Sequence record: MH595538.1
Length of the DNA: 64,000 nucleotides
Strand: one strand, 5' to 3'
Shown here: positions 44,562 through 53,227 of the stretch, piece by piece
Position numbering within the stretch: the stretch's first letter is position 1
Layout of the letters: each line of letters opens with the position of its first letter
Translations under genes and position numbers: made by a program
The notes under the pieces: model-generated
Told to the model about the DNA's origin: nothing
Seen by the model: only the letters and a program-made list of their open reading frames with translations
Database searches by the model: none

Positions 44562-45083
44562 ATGTACTTAATATCCGAGGAGACGATGATGCGTCAATTA
44601 AGAATGGATAAACAACCGAAAGATTCTTCCTATTGTATGGCCAGTTGTGTCGCTGCTATCATAGGACAGGACATCAATATCACTTGTCGCGAAATAGGTG
44701 ATAAGTATTTAGAAATTGCTAACTATGATCATCACAAGGCATTGATGGCAGTTACGGCATATGCGCAAGCTAAAAACTGTGAGCTTCAGCCTACGACAGA
44801 AATACTGCTCAATAAGACCGGATACTGGATAATCTCAGTGCCTTCTATTAACGTGCCTAATGCACGTCATGCGGTAGTCGTCCAGGTCGAAGTACATTAC
44901 GGACATATGACAATGATTGTTCATGACCCTCAGCGAAACACGGGCAAGTTCTATTATGGCAATGAACTACAAGCTGACTTTGATCCAGGCATGTGTCGTC
45001 GCTTAGACCTGCGAGAATCGTCTCCTCTACTGTACATCAGTCACAAAGATTTTAACAAAGGCCCATTTAATCCGGGCAAATAA
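44562..45083 (+). CDS. C39-like papain-fold cysteine peptidase
   Basis: QPKDSSYCMASC (Q..C), HAVVV, VHDP catalytic triad pattern. Confidence 0.75.
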   Translation: MYLISEETMMRQLRMDKQPKDSSYCMASCVAAIIGQDINITCREIGDKYLEIANYDHHKALMAVTAYAQAKNCELQPTTEILLNKTGYWIISVPSINVPNARHAVVVQVEVHYGHMTMIVHDPQRNTGKFYYGNELQADFDPGMCRRLDLRESSPLLYISHKDFNKGPFNPGK

Positions 45084-45099
45084 CCAAGGGAACATTAAT

Positions 45100-45438
45100 A
45101 TGCGAAACGAAGTATCACGCGCTCCAGCGAACAACCCAAACGAAATGACAGTGATTCTAAAAACGAATCATTATCGTATCGATAAACGCACTGGCAATAA
45201 AGAAATTATCAGTACTGAGTTTACCGGACCTTATTATCCAGATTTCCTAGAAGACTGGATTATGCGCGTTACAGAGCGTTCTGGCCAGGTATACGTCGGC
45301 TATGAAATTATGGATGTTAAAAGTGTACGTAAGACTGCACTAAACAATGGTCTGATTCAACGCCCTTATGACCGCTGGCTTGTCACTTACGATGATGGCA
45401 GTACTGGCTTTGCTTACACAATCCCTAAGCGAGGATAA
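45100..45438 (+). CDS. Hypothetical protein
   Basis: AAGG RBS, 112 aa. Confidence 0.72.
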   Translation: MRNEVSRAPANNPNEMTVILKTNHYRIDKRTGNKEIISTEFTGPYYPDFLEDWIMRVTERSGQVYVGYEIMDVKSVRKTALNNGLIQRPYDRWLVTYDDGSTGFAYTIPKRG

Positions 45439-45441
45439 GTT

Positions 45442-45813
45442 ATGACCTTAGAAGAAATGTTTGATTTCCTGTGTGAAAATGTAAACAGCGCTAGCGTTGT
45501 ATATCTTCCAGATTCTGGAATTGCCGACGAAGAATTCTTTGAAGAGTTTGTTCGCCATCAGAACACGATGGATGACGCCTCTTGCATTACTCTCATTCCA
45601 TGCACTAAGACCGCCTGTACTGGCCGTGCGCTTGCAGAGTATGCACAGACAACTGCAAAGAACAGCCTCTTTGTAGTTTACTATGACAAACTCTATGGAG
45701 TCATGCCTCGCATAAGAGATGATCAATTTGATCCTTATGAGATCGACGGCGTATTCAAGTCTTTCGTCTATCATGATAAAGAACGCAAAGTCATTAGCTG
45801 GCCAAACGCTTAA
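45442..45813 (+). CDS. Hypothetical protein
   Basis: GAGG RBS, in operon. Confidence 0.72.
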   Translation: MTLEEMFDFLCENVNSASVVYLPDSGIADEEFFEEFVRHQNTMDDASCITLIPCTKTACTGRALAEYAQTTAKNSLFVVYYDKLYGVMPRIRDDQFDPYEIDGVFKSFVYHDKERKVISWPNA

Positions 45814-45878
45814 CATAAAACGTCCATGAGTAATCGCTTGTGGACGTTACCATTTAACTAAACAAAGGACACGTAAAA

Positions 45879-46589
45879 ATGAATAACGGAGTTTACGACC
45901 ATAAGAAAAACCTAGCATCGGTTTCTCTATTCAATCGCATCGCCTACAACTGGCCAATCAAGCACGATGAAGCTGACTATGATGACTTCATGGCAGTTGT
46001 CAATAAGCAAGCTGGTCTTCTAGAAAGCGAGATCGCGGAACTAGATAAGAACCTGGCTGATGGTAAATGCTGCCGAGACGATTATGCTGACATTCTATAT
46101 GTTGCTTACGGTCTAGCTTATCGCGTTAACGGTAACCGTCAATTGCTTCAGAAGCTTGAAGTATGCGAATGCGGTAAAGATAAAAACCTTACTAGCGGTA
46201 ACATCGTCCATACTCTGCGCACTGAACTAAGCCATGCAGTGACTGCTTTCGAAGATCGCCGTTACAATTCAGCAATTAGCAGCATCACATGCCTAATCAA
46301 CATTGTGGAAATCTACGTCATGAACGAAGACGAAGAAACACCACAAGCGGATATTGAGCTTGTCTGTGCGGCTAACCTAGCTAAGTTCGATGACAACCTT
46401 GCAGATGCTGAACTTACTGTAGATGCTTATAAAGCGAAAGGTATTGAAACTGAATATCGCATCAACACTGTCGATGCAGTACAGTACTTCATCAACGTCT
46501 CTAGTAAAGATCAATGGATCGGTAAGAAGGACTTCCCTAAAGACAAAGTTCTTAAGAGCCACAAGTGGTCTGAACCTGTCTTTAATTAA
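45879..46589 (+). CDS. MazG-like (PRA-PH family) nucleoside triphosphate pyrophosphohydrolase
   Basis: ESEIAEL...DDYADILYVAYG and VCAANLAKF motifs. Confidence 0.75.
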   Translation: MNNGVYDHKKNLASVSLFNRIAYNWPIKHDEADYDDFMAVVNKQAGLLESEIAELDKNLADGKCCRDDYADILYVAYGLAYRVNGNRQLLQKLEVCECGKDKNLTSGNIVHTLRTELSHAVTAFEDRRYNSAISSITCLINIVEIYVMNEDEETPQADIELVCAANLAKFDDNLADAELTVDAYKAKGIETEYRINTVDAVQYFINVSSKDQWIGKKDFPKDKVLKSHKWSEPVFN

Positions 46590-46594
46590 TCGCC

Positions 46595-47152
46595 ATGGAC
46601 AGACCAATACTCCTCGCTACAGAGGATCCCGGTGCGATATTCTGGGAAGACTATGCGAATACCAACAGACTCTGTCAGTTACTTGACTTCATCAGAGTGG
46701 TTACAGAGCCAGCTCGATTTAACTCTATCACTCATACCTTGGTAGAAGAAAAGAAGGTGAGTTTTTACGGGGCGGTTAAATATTCCGGTCCTAAGGGTCG
46801 CGGCATTCGCATAATCAAACACCCTAGAAATTTTCAAGAGACTTGTTTTTACGCATCGCCTCGTTACGCCACAATGGATAATGGGACTGAAGTACCATGG
46901 AAAAACTGGACGGGCATTGAAGACGAATTAGACTTTCATGCCTTTCATGTCACTATTCAAGGAATGCACTATACCGAAGCTTTCTTATGTAAAGAGTCCA
47001 TGTCCGAGTCTCTAATCAATCTTGTCTATGAATATGGAATGCAGGACTATACATTGAGTCATCTGCATTCTCTGTCCGTATACAAGAAAATCGAATATGT
47101 TAAATCAGTCGTTGATTACAACGATGAACTTGAAGATCTAATTATTGCATAG
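46595..47152 (+). CDS. Hypothetical protein
   Basis: 185 aa, in operon. Confidence 0.7.
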   Translation: MDRPILLATEDPGAIFWEDYANTNRLCQLLDFIRVVTEPARFNSITHTLVEEKKVSFYGAVKYSGPKGRGIRIIKHPRNFQETCFYASPRYATMDNGTEVPWKNWTGIEDELDFHAFHVTIQGMHYTEAFLCKESMSESLINLVYEYGMQDYTLSHLHSLSVYKKIEYVKSVVDYNDELEDLIIA

Positions 47153-47161
47153 GAGCATAAA

Positions 47162-48040
47162 ATGAAGATCACTGAAACTACTCTCCGTCTTGCTGGTATT
47201 ACACCAATGGTTCTTGACCTATTAAAACGAGACGGTATCCTGCCCTTTGAACTAGCAGACTTACCACTGCTCAATATTCATGACTTGAATATGTTGCGCC
47301 CAGTACTTGAAAAAGCTAAGTACGATGAAGATGGCAATATTCTTGAGTTTACTGCGGGAGGCGGTGATGCCGAGACAGTAACTCGATTTACACACAATGC
47401 CGAAAACATCGTAAGTAAAATGGAGTTTAACCATGGCGTTGTGATCACCTGTGTCTATCGCCCGAACGGACTGCTGTTGCATGAATCGGTAATCGACTCT
47501 AAAGGCAATCGTACTCTGCGCGGTGAGTTTATTTACCATCAAACACATCGCGATACATTGGCCAAGGTCATCCAGTATCCCGTAGAGCAAGAAGTAGAAG
47601 AACTAGGCAAAGACGAACAGGGTAAGCCTCAATATAGCATAACTATGAAAGCTTCTGAGGAGAACAAGCCTACGATTCAAACTTCAGTCATTAACGAAGA
47701 AGGACTGGTTATCTCCACTTCGGATATCGATGGCATTAAACATTACGAATACGAACCAGGTACAACAATGTTTAAGAAGATCATTGAACAAATGACTTCT
47801 GGCTTCGATGAAAATGAAACTCTGCGCCGTGTCACGGAAAATGAATTTGATGAACATGGCCTGATGACTGCATCTAAGATGTACATCGATCCAAATAATC
47901 CAATTCAGAAAGCTACATTCCGTAATGAATACGATGCGAAAGGTCGTTTCGTTGCAATGTATCGAACCGATGGTGATCTCCAAGCAGAAGAGAAAACCAT
48001 TGACTTCAGCAAGTACTGGGAAAAGGTTGATGCTGCTTAA
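47162..48040 (+). CDS. YD/RHS-repeat-like protein
   Basis: KYDEDGNI, RFTHNAEN, YEYEPGT, EFDEHGL, EYDAKGR repeats. Confidence 0.7.
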   Translation: MKITETTLRLAGITPMVLDLLKRDGILPFELADLPLLNIHDLNMLRPVLEKAKYDEDGNILEFTAGGGDAETVTRFTHNAENIVSKMEFNHGVVITCVYRPNGLLLHESVIDSKGNRTLRGEFIYHQTHRDTLAKVIQYPVEQEVEELGKDEQGKPQYSITMKASEENKPTIQTSVINEEGLVISTSDIDGIKHYEYEPGTTMFKKIIEQMTSGFDENETLRRVTENEFDEHGLMTASKMYIDPNNPIQKATFRNEYDAKGRFVAMYRTDGDLQAEEKTIDFSKYWEKVDAA

Positions 48041-48091
48041 TTAACATTCCTGTACAGTTTCAGGTAATATATTGAAGTAAGGATACTTTTT

Positions 48092-48111
48092 GAGCTCCCG
48101 CCAGGGGGCTC
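48092..48111 (+). terminator. Intrinsic terminator
   Basis: GAGCTCCC-GCCA-GGGGGCTC plus long T run. Confidence 0.7.
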
Positions 48112-48209
48112 TATATTTTTTTTTACTTCAGCAATTACAAAACATGTTATTTACTCCGAGATAACATGCACGTAAATATAACCATTTAAACTATATAGGA
48201 CAAGCAATT

Positions 48210-48950
48210 ATGATCAAGCAATTCACTGCTTTTATTTTACTGGCATTTATGTCACTAACCGTATCAGCAGTTACACTAGAACACACTGTGCATCACGGCA
48301 CATCTCAAGCAGTAACCCAAGTAAACAAGATCGCTGAAATTGAAGGTGAAAGCCATGCGTTCAAATTCGTAAAAGATCGAGATGTGTTTGCAGGTGACAA
48401 TACTGGTGGCGCTGCTGATGTCGATAACTATGTTGTATCAGCCGGCATGACTCTATCGCATTCTGTCATGGATCTCACTCAAGAAAGCACGGGAGTGAGT
48501 AAACAGAACACGTATACTAACTATACCGCTATCTCAGCTGGTGACCTGACAGCAGTGGAAGGTACGCGTAACGTAACTGGGAAGTCTAACATCAATACGG
48601 TTAACGAGGGTTATACGCTAACAACGACTGCAGAGTATGAAGTTAGTACTTCTGCCGATAAAGAGTATACACACGGTGGTTCTAAACCAGGCAACGATGT
48701 TGTTGTGAAAATTAACGACTTCCAGTTTGGTACTGAAGACAGTCAGATCGATATTTCCAAGGCGTTTGACCAGGCACTGGCACACGTTGATCCAGAAGAT
48801 ATCTCTGTCATTGGACAGGATCTTAACCACGCCGATGAAAACGGCATTGAACTTAATTGGGCCTACAGGGAAGCGGGCGTAACAGATGAGTCTAGTACAC
48901 GTACTAAGGCGAACTCTAATACGTATACGATCTTCTCTTCAATAGAATAA
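48210..48950 (+). CDS. Secreted beta-strand-rich protein
   Basis: Sec signal peptide ending VSA; Thr/Ser-rich strands; terminator at 48971-48994. Confidence 0.75.
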   Translation: MIKQFTAFILLAFMSLTVSAVTLEHTVHHGTSQAVTQVNKIAEIEGESHAFKFVKDRDVFAGDNTGGAADVDNYVVSAGMTLSHSVMDLTQESTGVSKQNTYTNYTAISAGDLTAVEGTRNVTGKSNINTVNEGYTLTTTAEYEVSTSADKEYTHGGSKPGNDVVVKINDFQFGTEDSQIDISKAFDQALAHVDPEDISVIGQDLNHADENGIELNWAYREAGVTDESSTRTKANSNTYTIFSSIE

Positions 48951-49029
48951 TAAATATTTGAAAAGATCGTGATGTCGGCCGAAAGGCCGGCATCTATATT
49001 ACTGTTTTATTTTTTAGAGGATCAGGACA

Positions 49030-49698
49030 ATGATAAGCAGATTGTTAACAATAACTCTATTACTCTATACTGGCTCAATTTTTGCAAATACCAGTGTGGT
49101 CAATAACTCTACAAACGAATCTTCCATTAGCCAATCTCCGGTATTGTCATTGGGAGGCAGTGCAACGAACACCATCATAGATAATGAAACCGTGGCATCC
49201 ACCAGGTTCGACTACCGTAAAAAAGACGGAACGATGGTTTCTTATGCCGGTACCTGTCCAAGTGCTACTCTTTACTTTACAGGTTCTTATGGGCAAAACG
49301 ATATTGAAACTAGACCAACATGGTCCGAGTCAAGAGGGGATAGTGCCGCTGTCGTTGCTGGCGTTGCAATACCTTTTGGTCCTGTTGTCAATAGCTGTGA
49401 AGAAATGATTGATCTAGGCTCTCGTTCCGCATCTATTAGTTTTAGTCAATTGTTGATCGATAGCTGTATTGCCATGGCTAAATCTGGATTAAGCTATGAG
49501 GTCATTGCAATGATGAATGATGAATTCAAACAGTGCGAAAGAATCTATCAAGAAGCTGCAGAAGGCTTCCATGGTCCAGAGCGTCAGACTATCGTATTGC
49601 AGTCTAAGGCAATTGAAAACTTAGAAAAGAAAAACGAGGAACTAAAACATAAGAATGACCATTATCGTAACCAGCTTGCAGCATTCATGGTCAAATAG
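49030..49698 (+). CDS. Secreted Cys-containing protein with C-terminal coiled coil
   Basis: Signal peptide ending IFA; four Cys; coiled-coil tail. Confidence 0.75.
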   Translation: MISRLLTITLLLYTGSIFANTSVVNNSTNESSISQSPVLSLGGSATNTIIDNETVASTRFDYRKKDGTMVSYAGTCPSATLYFTGSYGQNDIETRPTWSESRGDSAAVVAGVAIPFGPVVNSCEEMIDLGSRSASISFSQLLIDSCIAMAKSGLSYEVIAMMNDEFKQCERIYQEAAEGFHGPERQTIVLQSKAIENLEKKNEELKHKNDHYRNQLAAFMVK

Positions 49699-49722
49699 AC
49701 GTTGCTCAAGACAATTTCAGAT

Positions 49723-49739
49723 CTATATTATCTAGGTGA
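49723..49739 (+). promoter_or_regulatory. Putative early-type promoter motif
   Basis: CTATATTATCTAGGTGA. Confidence 0.45.
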
Positions 49740-49843
49740 GTGTACTTAATGAAGTACAAATCTAGGTCATGCCAGAACCTATTATCCCTGGCCAAATGGC
49801 CAGGGATATATACTGAATTTTTATTTTGCAAGGAATCAATATT

Positions 49844-49996
49844 ATGATTAAATATCTTATCACTAAAAACGGTAAACCAACTAACGGCCTATTTTCAATC
49901 ATCATTGCGATGTCACTGGCAGTAGCTGTGAACGTAGCAACTACAGGCGATGATGAAAAACACGATGCTCAAATCCAGCAAGTTCAAGTTAAATAA
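49844..49996 (+). CDS. 50-aa single-TM protein missing from the ORF track
   Basis: AAGGA RBS; MIKYLITKNGKPTNGLFSIIIAMSLAVAVNVATTGDDEKHDAQIQQVQVK; stop overlaps the next RBS. Confidence 0.7.
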   Translation: MIKYLITKNGKPTNGLFSIIIAMSLAVAVNVATTGDDEKHDAQIQQVQVK

Positions 49997-50006
49997 GGAG
50001 ATTTTC

Positions 50007-50390
50007 ATGAACGCTAAACTATTTACATTGACTACCGTATCAATCACTGCTGTATGTTTCGCTATCTGGACTGTTGGATTAACTATCGCTCCATGGTTAA
50101 CGACAGAAGATATCCTAGACAACATGATCATGGGTTCTCCATTCTGTGCCGTGATCGGAGTTATCTTAACTCTATTCATTATCGAAACTGGAATCAATCG
50201 ACTGAACGTTGTGATCTACATGATGGTCGCCGGTAGCCCTATTGTTTATATAGGGATACTACCTTCTCGCATTGGCGTATTCAGAGATCCTATCATTGAG
50301 CTTGCTGAATACACTGCAATGCTAGGATTCGGTCTCATCATCACGACGCTGGTGCTGCTTGCATTCAATTTCAAGAAAGAGAATCTTTAA
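50007..50390 (+). CDS. Four-TM membrane protein
   Basis: Start reassigned to MNAKLF (AAGGAG RBS); hairpin at 50401-50427. Confidence 0.75.
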   Translation: MNAKLFTLTTVSITAVCFAIWTVGLTIAPWLTTEDILDNMIMGSPFCAVIGVILTLFIIETGINRLNVVIYMMVAGSPIVYIGILPSRIGVFRDPIIELAEYTAMLGFGLIITTLVLLAFNFKKENL

Positions 50391-50444
50391 CTATATGAAT
50401 TATATCTGCCCCAGTCGGGGCAGATATAATTATTTTTTTTCTTT

Positions 50445-50879
50445 TTAAAGTTCTTCAATCGGAACAAGATGTTGTGCATGATCATTAAAATCTTGTTCCA
50501 TGATGAATGACTTCATTTCATCAATAAACCAATCTTCGCTATAAGGATTCTCATCCAGTGCCTTACGAAGGTCTGAGACGCATTCTAAGGACATCCAATC
50601 GTACTCGGAGTACATTGGTCCATCTTCATCGCCATTGCTCTCAGAAACGGCTTCAGCAACGATTCTGTTAAACTCTGCACATGCTGTTTCTGGATCAGTT
50701 ACAACACGCATATAAGTAAGCAGCATACCTATTCTGATATTTTGTCTACCTACCCATTCGACGCCAATTTCGTTGTGTAAATTTTCGCTGTAATGGCTAG
50801 CTATGTGAATTGAAAGTTCATCGGCTTGAAAAATGTTAATAAGTATACTTGTTATTATCATAGGGTCATCCTTACCCAA
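50445..50879 (-). CDS. Hypothetical acidic protein
   Basis: AAGGA RBS on the minus strand, 144 aa. Confidence 0.7.
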   Translation of the reverse strand: MGKDDPMIITSILINIFQADELSIHIASHYSENLHNEIGVEWVGRQNIRIGMLLTYMRVVTDPETACAEFNRIVAEAVSESNGDEDGPMYSEYDWMSLECVSDLRKALDENPYSEDWFIDEMKSFIMEQDFNDHAQHLVPIEEL

Positions 50880-50894
50880 TAAGACTAATTCCTT

Positions 50895-51359
50895 TTAGTC
50901 TTTAGCAGAAAGAAGCATATACATTTCCGCCATGATACGAAGCTCATGCGGAGCACATAACTTAGGCCACTTCAAGCGATGACCTGTTGCTTCTTCAAAT
51001 ACACCACGGCCAATCTCACTACAGAAGAATGCATCATCATTCTGCACTTTTCGACCCACGAAGAAACCTAGGATAGCCGTGAAGTCATACTTCTTATTCT
51101 GGTTACTACGGATGTATTTTAATGCTTTTTCATATCCTTCATTTGTGACCCATACTTCTACGGAATCTACAGATGCGTGGCTTTTTAGATAGTTTCTATC
51201 CGAGATGACGCCAGTTGTAAATGTGCTGTGCCAAAACTCATCATCTTCGAACTCCATGCCCACGTGCGAAACAGTACTGCCAAGACGCCACTTAATTAAA
51301 GAGCCGCCTATGCCAGGGTTGTCGAAGAAATGAAACTTTATTAATCGCCGGTTTGTCAT
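50895..51359 (-). CDS. Permuted papain-like NlpC/P60 (YiiX-like) enzyme
   Basis: SHVGM (His first), YDFTAILG, FFCSE (Cys last). Confidence 0.8.
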   Translation of the reverse strand: MTNRRLIKFHFFDNPGIGGSLIKWRLGSTVSHVGMEFEDDEFWHSTFTTGVISDRNYLKSHASVDSVEVWVTNEGYEKALKYIRSNQNKKYDFTAILGFFVGRKVQNDDAFFCSEIGRGVFEEATGHRLKWPKLCAPHELRIMAEMYMLLSAKD

Positions 51360-51401
51360 AGTTAAAATCCCTTATGCCTAACTAACACTCACAAATGGCG
51401 G

Positions 51402-52403
51402 TTAGAGTGCCGCCAACACTTTTGCTTTCACCGTACCTGCCAATTGACAAGTACAGCTAATTCTTAACATCGTGCCTACTCGGGTCGCTGTAATTTCAGT
51501 AACCGGTGCATTCGCAGTAATCAGTCTTGATGAATACGTAATCTTAGGCAGTGCATCGCTGCGACAGATTACATTAAAATCCATCGCCTCAGTTGCGGTC
51601 GCTCCTTGGAAAGCAGCAAAACCTTTTACTGCTGTGACCTTAGTAAGATCATATTCAACAATCAAAGTAGAAGCACCTGCGGTGGCCGCAACTTCCGCTG
51701 TCGCTACCGTTTCAATATTATCCAGTGCATCTAAAAGATCCTGAATCTCAGTAGCCGAACCTTGTACTGCAACCACTTGGTTTACAGAGGAACGGATACT
51801 ACCTATGATACCCAAGATGCGATCTATTTGCTGCTGGAGATTATTAGCAGAATGCTGCATTGGTATGCGGTTAATCAATGCGTTGTGTACATCACGCAGT
51901 GCCTGGTTCAATAGGTCGATTTGCTCCATAGACTCTAACGGGTGACCATGAGGCTCCGGCGGAAAAGCAATCGGCAAATTGATTATGTCTGTGCGGAAAT
52001 CTAAGGCTGGGTTTGCAGTCGCTGCATTAATCGCATCTAGCAAGTCACTGACCATGCCAATAGGCTGTCCTTCTGCACCACCCACTGCTTGGTATGTAAC
52101 TAAGAACGTACCTGTGTCTGCTTTATCAACAATATTGATAACCGCTGCGTTTTCTTTACCGGTTAATGAATGCACCCAGGTATCCAGGCCATCAAATGTA
52201 TAATCGGTGCCAACAACTAACGGCGTTGGATCACCTTGTTTTGTCACAACGACTCCTTCGGTATAAAAGAGTCCTTCGTTCACAGGGAACGGTAAATGCC
52301 CTGATGAATTTAATTCATGAGGCTCTTCAGTGATGAGGTTGGATGTTTTAGCACCCGTCTCATCGAACTGATACTTCCATGGCGATACAAATCTGCTAGT
52401 CAT
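51402..52403 (-). CDS. phiKZ-like virion structural protein (baseplate/fibre paralog family)
   Basis: YQFDETG...NLITEEPH, GLFY, YQAVGG and FPPEPHGH shared with 60753 and 61681; resembles a phiKZ-family virion protein group recalled from memory. Confidence 0.7.
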   Translation of the reverse strand: MTSRFVSPWKYQFDETGAKTSNLITEEPHELNSSGHLPFPVNEGLFYTEGVVVTKQGDPTPLVVGTDYTFDGLDTWVHSLTGKENAAVINIVDKADTGTFLVTYQAVGGAEGQPIGMVSDLLDAINAATANPALDFRTDIINLPIAFPPEPHGHPLESMEQIDLLNQALRDVHNALINRIPMQHSANNLQQQIDRILGIIGSIRSSVNQVVAVQGSATEIQDLLDALDNIETVATAEVAATAGASTLIVEYDLTKVTAVKGFAAFQGATATEAMDFNVICRSDALPKITYSSRLITANAPVTEITATRVGTMLRISCTCQLAGTVKAKVLAAL

Positions 52404-52450
52404 TGGAATACCTTTATAAAATAGTTAATGCGCGCTCATTAGATTCGTAA

Positions 52451-52481
52451 TATACCTAACGCCCATTGGGCGTTAGGTATA
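52451..52481 (-). terminator. Hairpin/terminator after the tail-fibre operon
   Basis: TATACCTAACGCCCA-T-TGGGCGTTAGGTATA. Confidence 0.65.
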
Positions 52482-52483
52482 AG

Positions 52484-53188
52484 TTAGTTAGCACGATATT
52501 CAAAGTTAGCGATCTTTTTGATCTGGTTGGCCAATGAAGTCTCTAGCTTAGCAGTAGTAAAACCACCTGCTTCTAATAAAGCATCCAGCTTCTCAAAGGC
52601 ATCGGCTTGTTTATTTTCAAGCTCTAGCTGATAAGTAAAACCTAGCTTACTAAGGACATTTGCATCTTCCTTTGTACTGAGCTTCACATATCGTCCATTG
52701 CCGATGTGATATAGATGGCTTTCTATCTCTCCTGATTCCAGAGCATCTCCAATAAGACCTATACGCGTGCGATCAATATCGGTGAGTCTAAAGCCTCGGT
52801 GATCAGGATCAGCGAGCTCCTCTCCTTGGCGACTATAGAGTTTGCCAGGCCAAATACATCCGTCGGCTAAAGCATTATTCATTTCAGTTGCGACCAAAGA
52901 CTTCGCTTTCGCAATAGCCTCAGTTGGCGGCATTGCCTTTATAAGATATTGAGGAGTTAACGTCATGTCCTCCTTATCCATTATTGGCGTTGATTCCTCG
53001 AAAACTTGAAATCGTTCTACCTTTGGAATATCTGCCGACTTAAGAACAAAGAGGCCTATATCGCGTCTCTCTTCAACACTCAATAAAGAGGCATCCGAAA
53101 TACGTCGACCATCCTTAGCTCTATAGTTCTTAGGACTTACTCTAACTAGCGTACCCTTGTCAGGGTCAACATGCATATAAGTACTCAT
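52484..53188 (-). CDS. Probable tail-fibre assembly/chaperone protein
   Basis: Directly downstream of the large fibre; IGLF-type N-terminus and helical C-terminus like DUF4376-type chaperones. Confidence 0.55.
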   Translation of the reverse strand: MSTYMHVDPDKGTLVRVSPKNYRAKDGRRISDASLLSVEERRDIGLFVLKSADIPKVERFQVFEESTPIMDKEDMTLTPQYLIKAMPPTEAIAKAKSLVATEMNNALADGCIWPGKLYSRQGEELADPDHRGFRLTDIDRTRIGLIGDALESGEIESHLYHIGNGRYVKLSTKEDANVLSKLGFTYQLELENKQADAFEKLDALLEAGGFTTAKLETSLANQIKKIANFEYRAN

Positions 53189-53227
53189 TCCTTTATCCTG
53201 TGTTCAAAGGGACCGAAGCCCCTTATA

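Noticed and set aside
45448-45816. 122-aa antisense ORF mirroring 45442-45813
   Set aside because: Codon-register shadow; the + strand gene has the RBS and operon context
3829-46589. Hypermodified-base pathway inferred from the two kinases and the MazG-like enzyme
   Set aside because: No hydroxymethylase, glycosyltransferase, PurZ or deazaguanine genes in the window, and ThyX indicates normal dTMP synthesis
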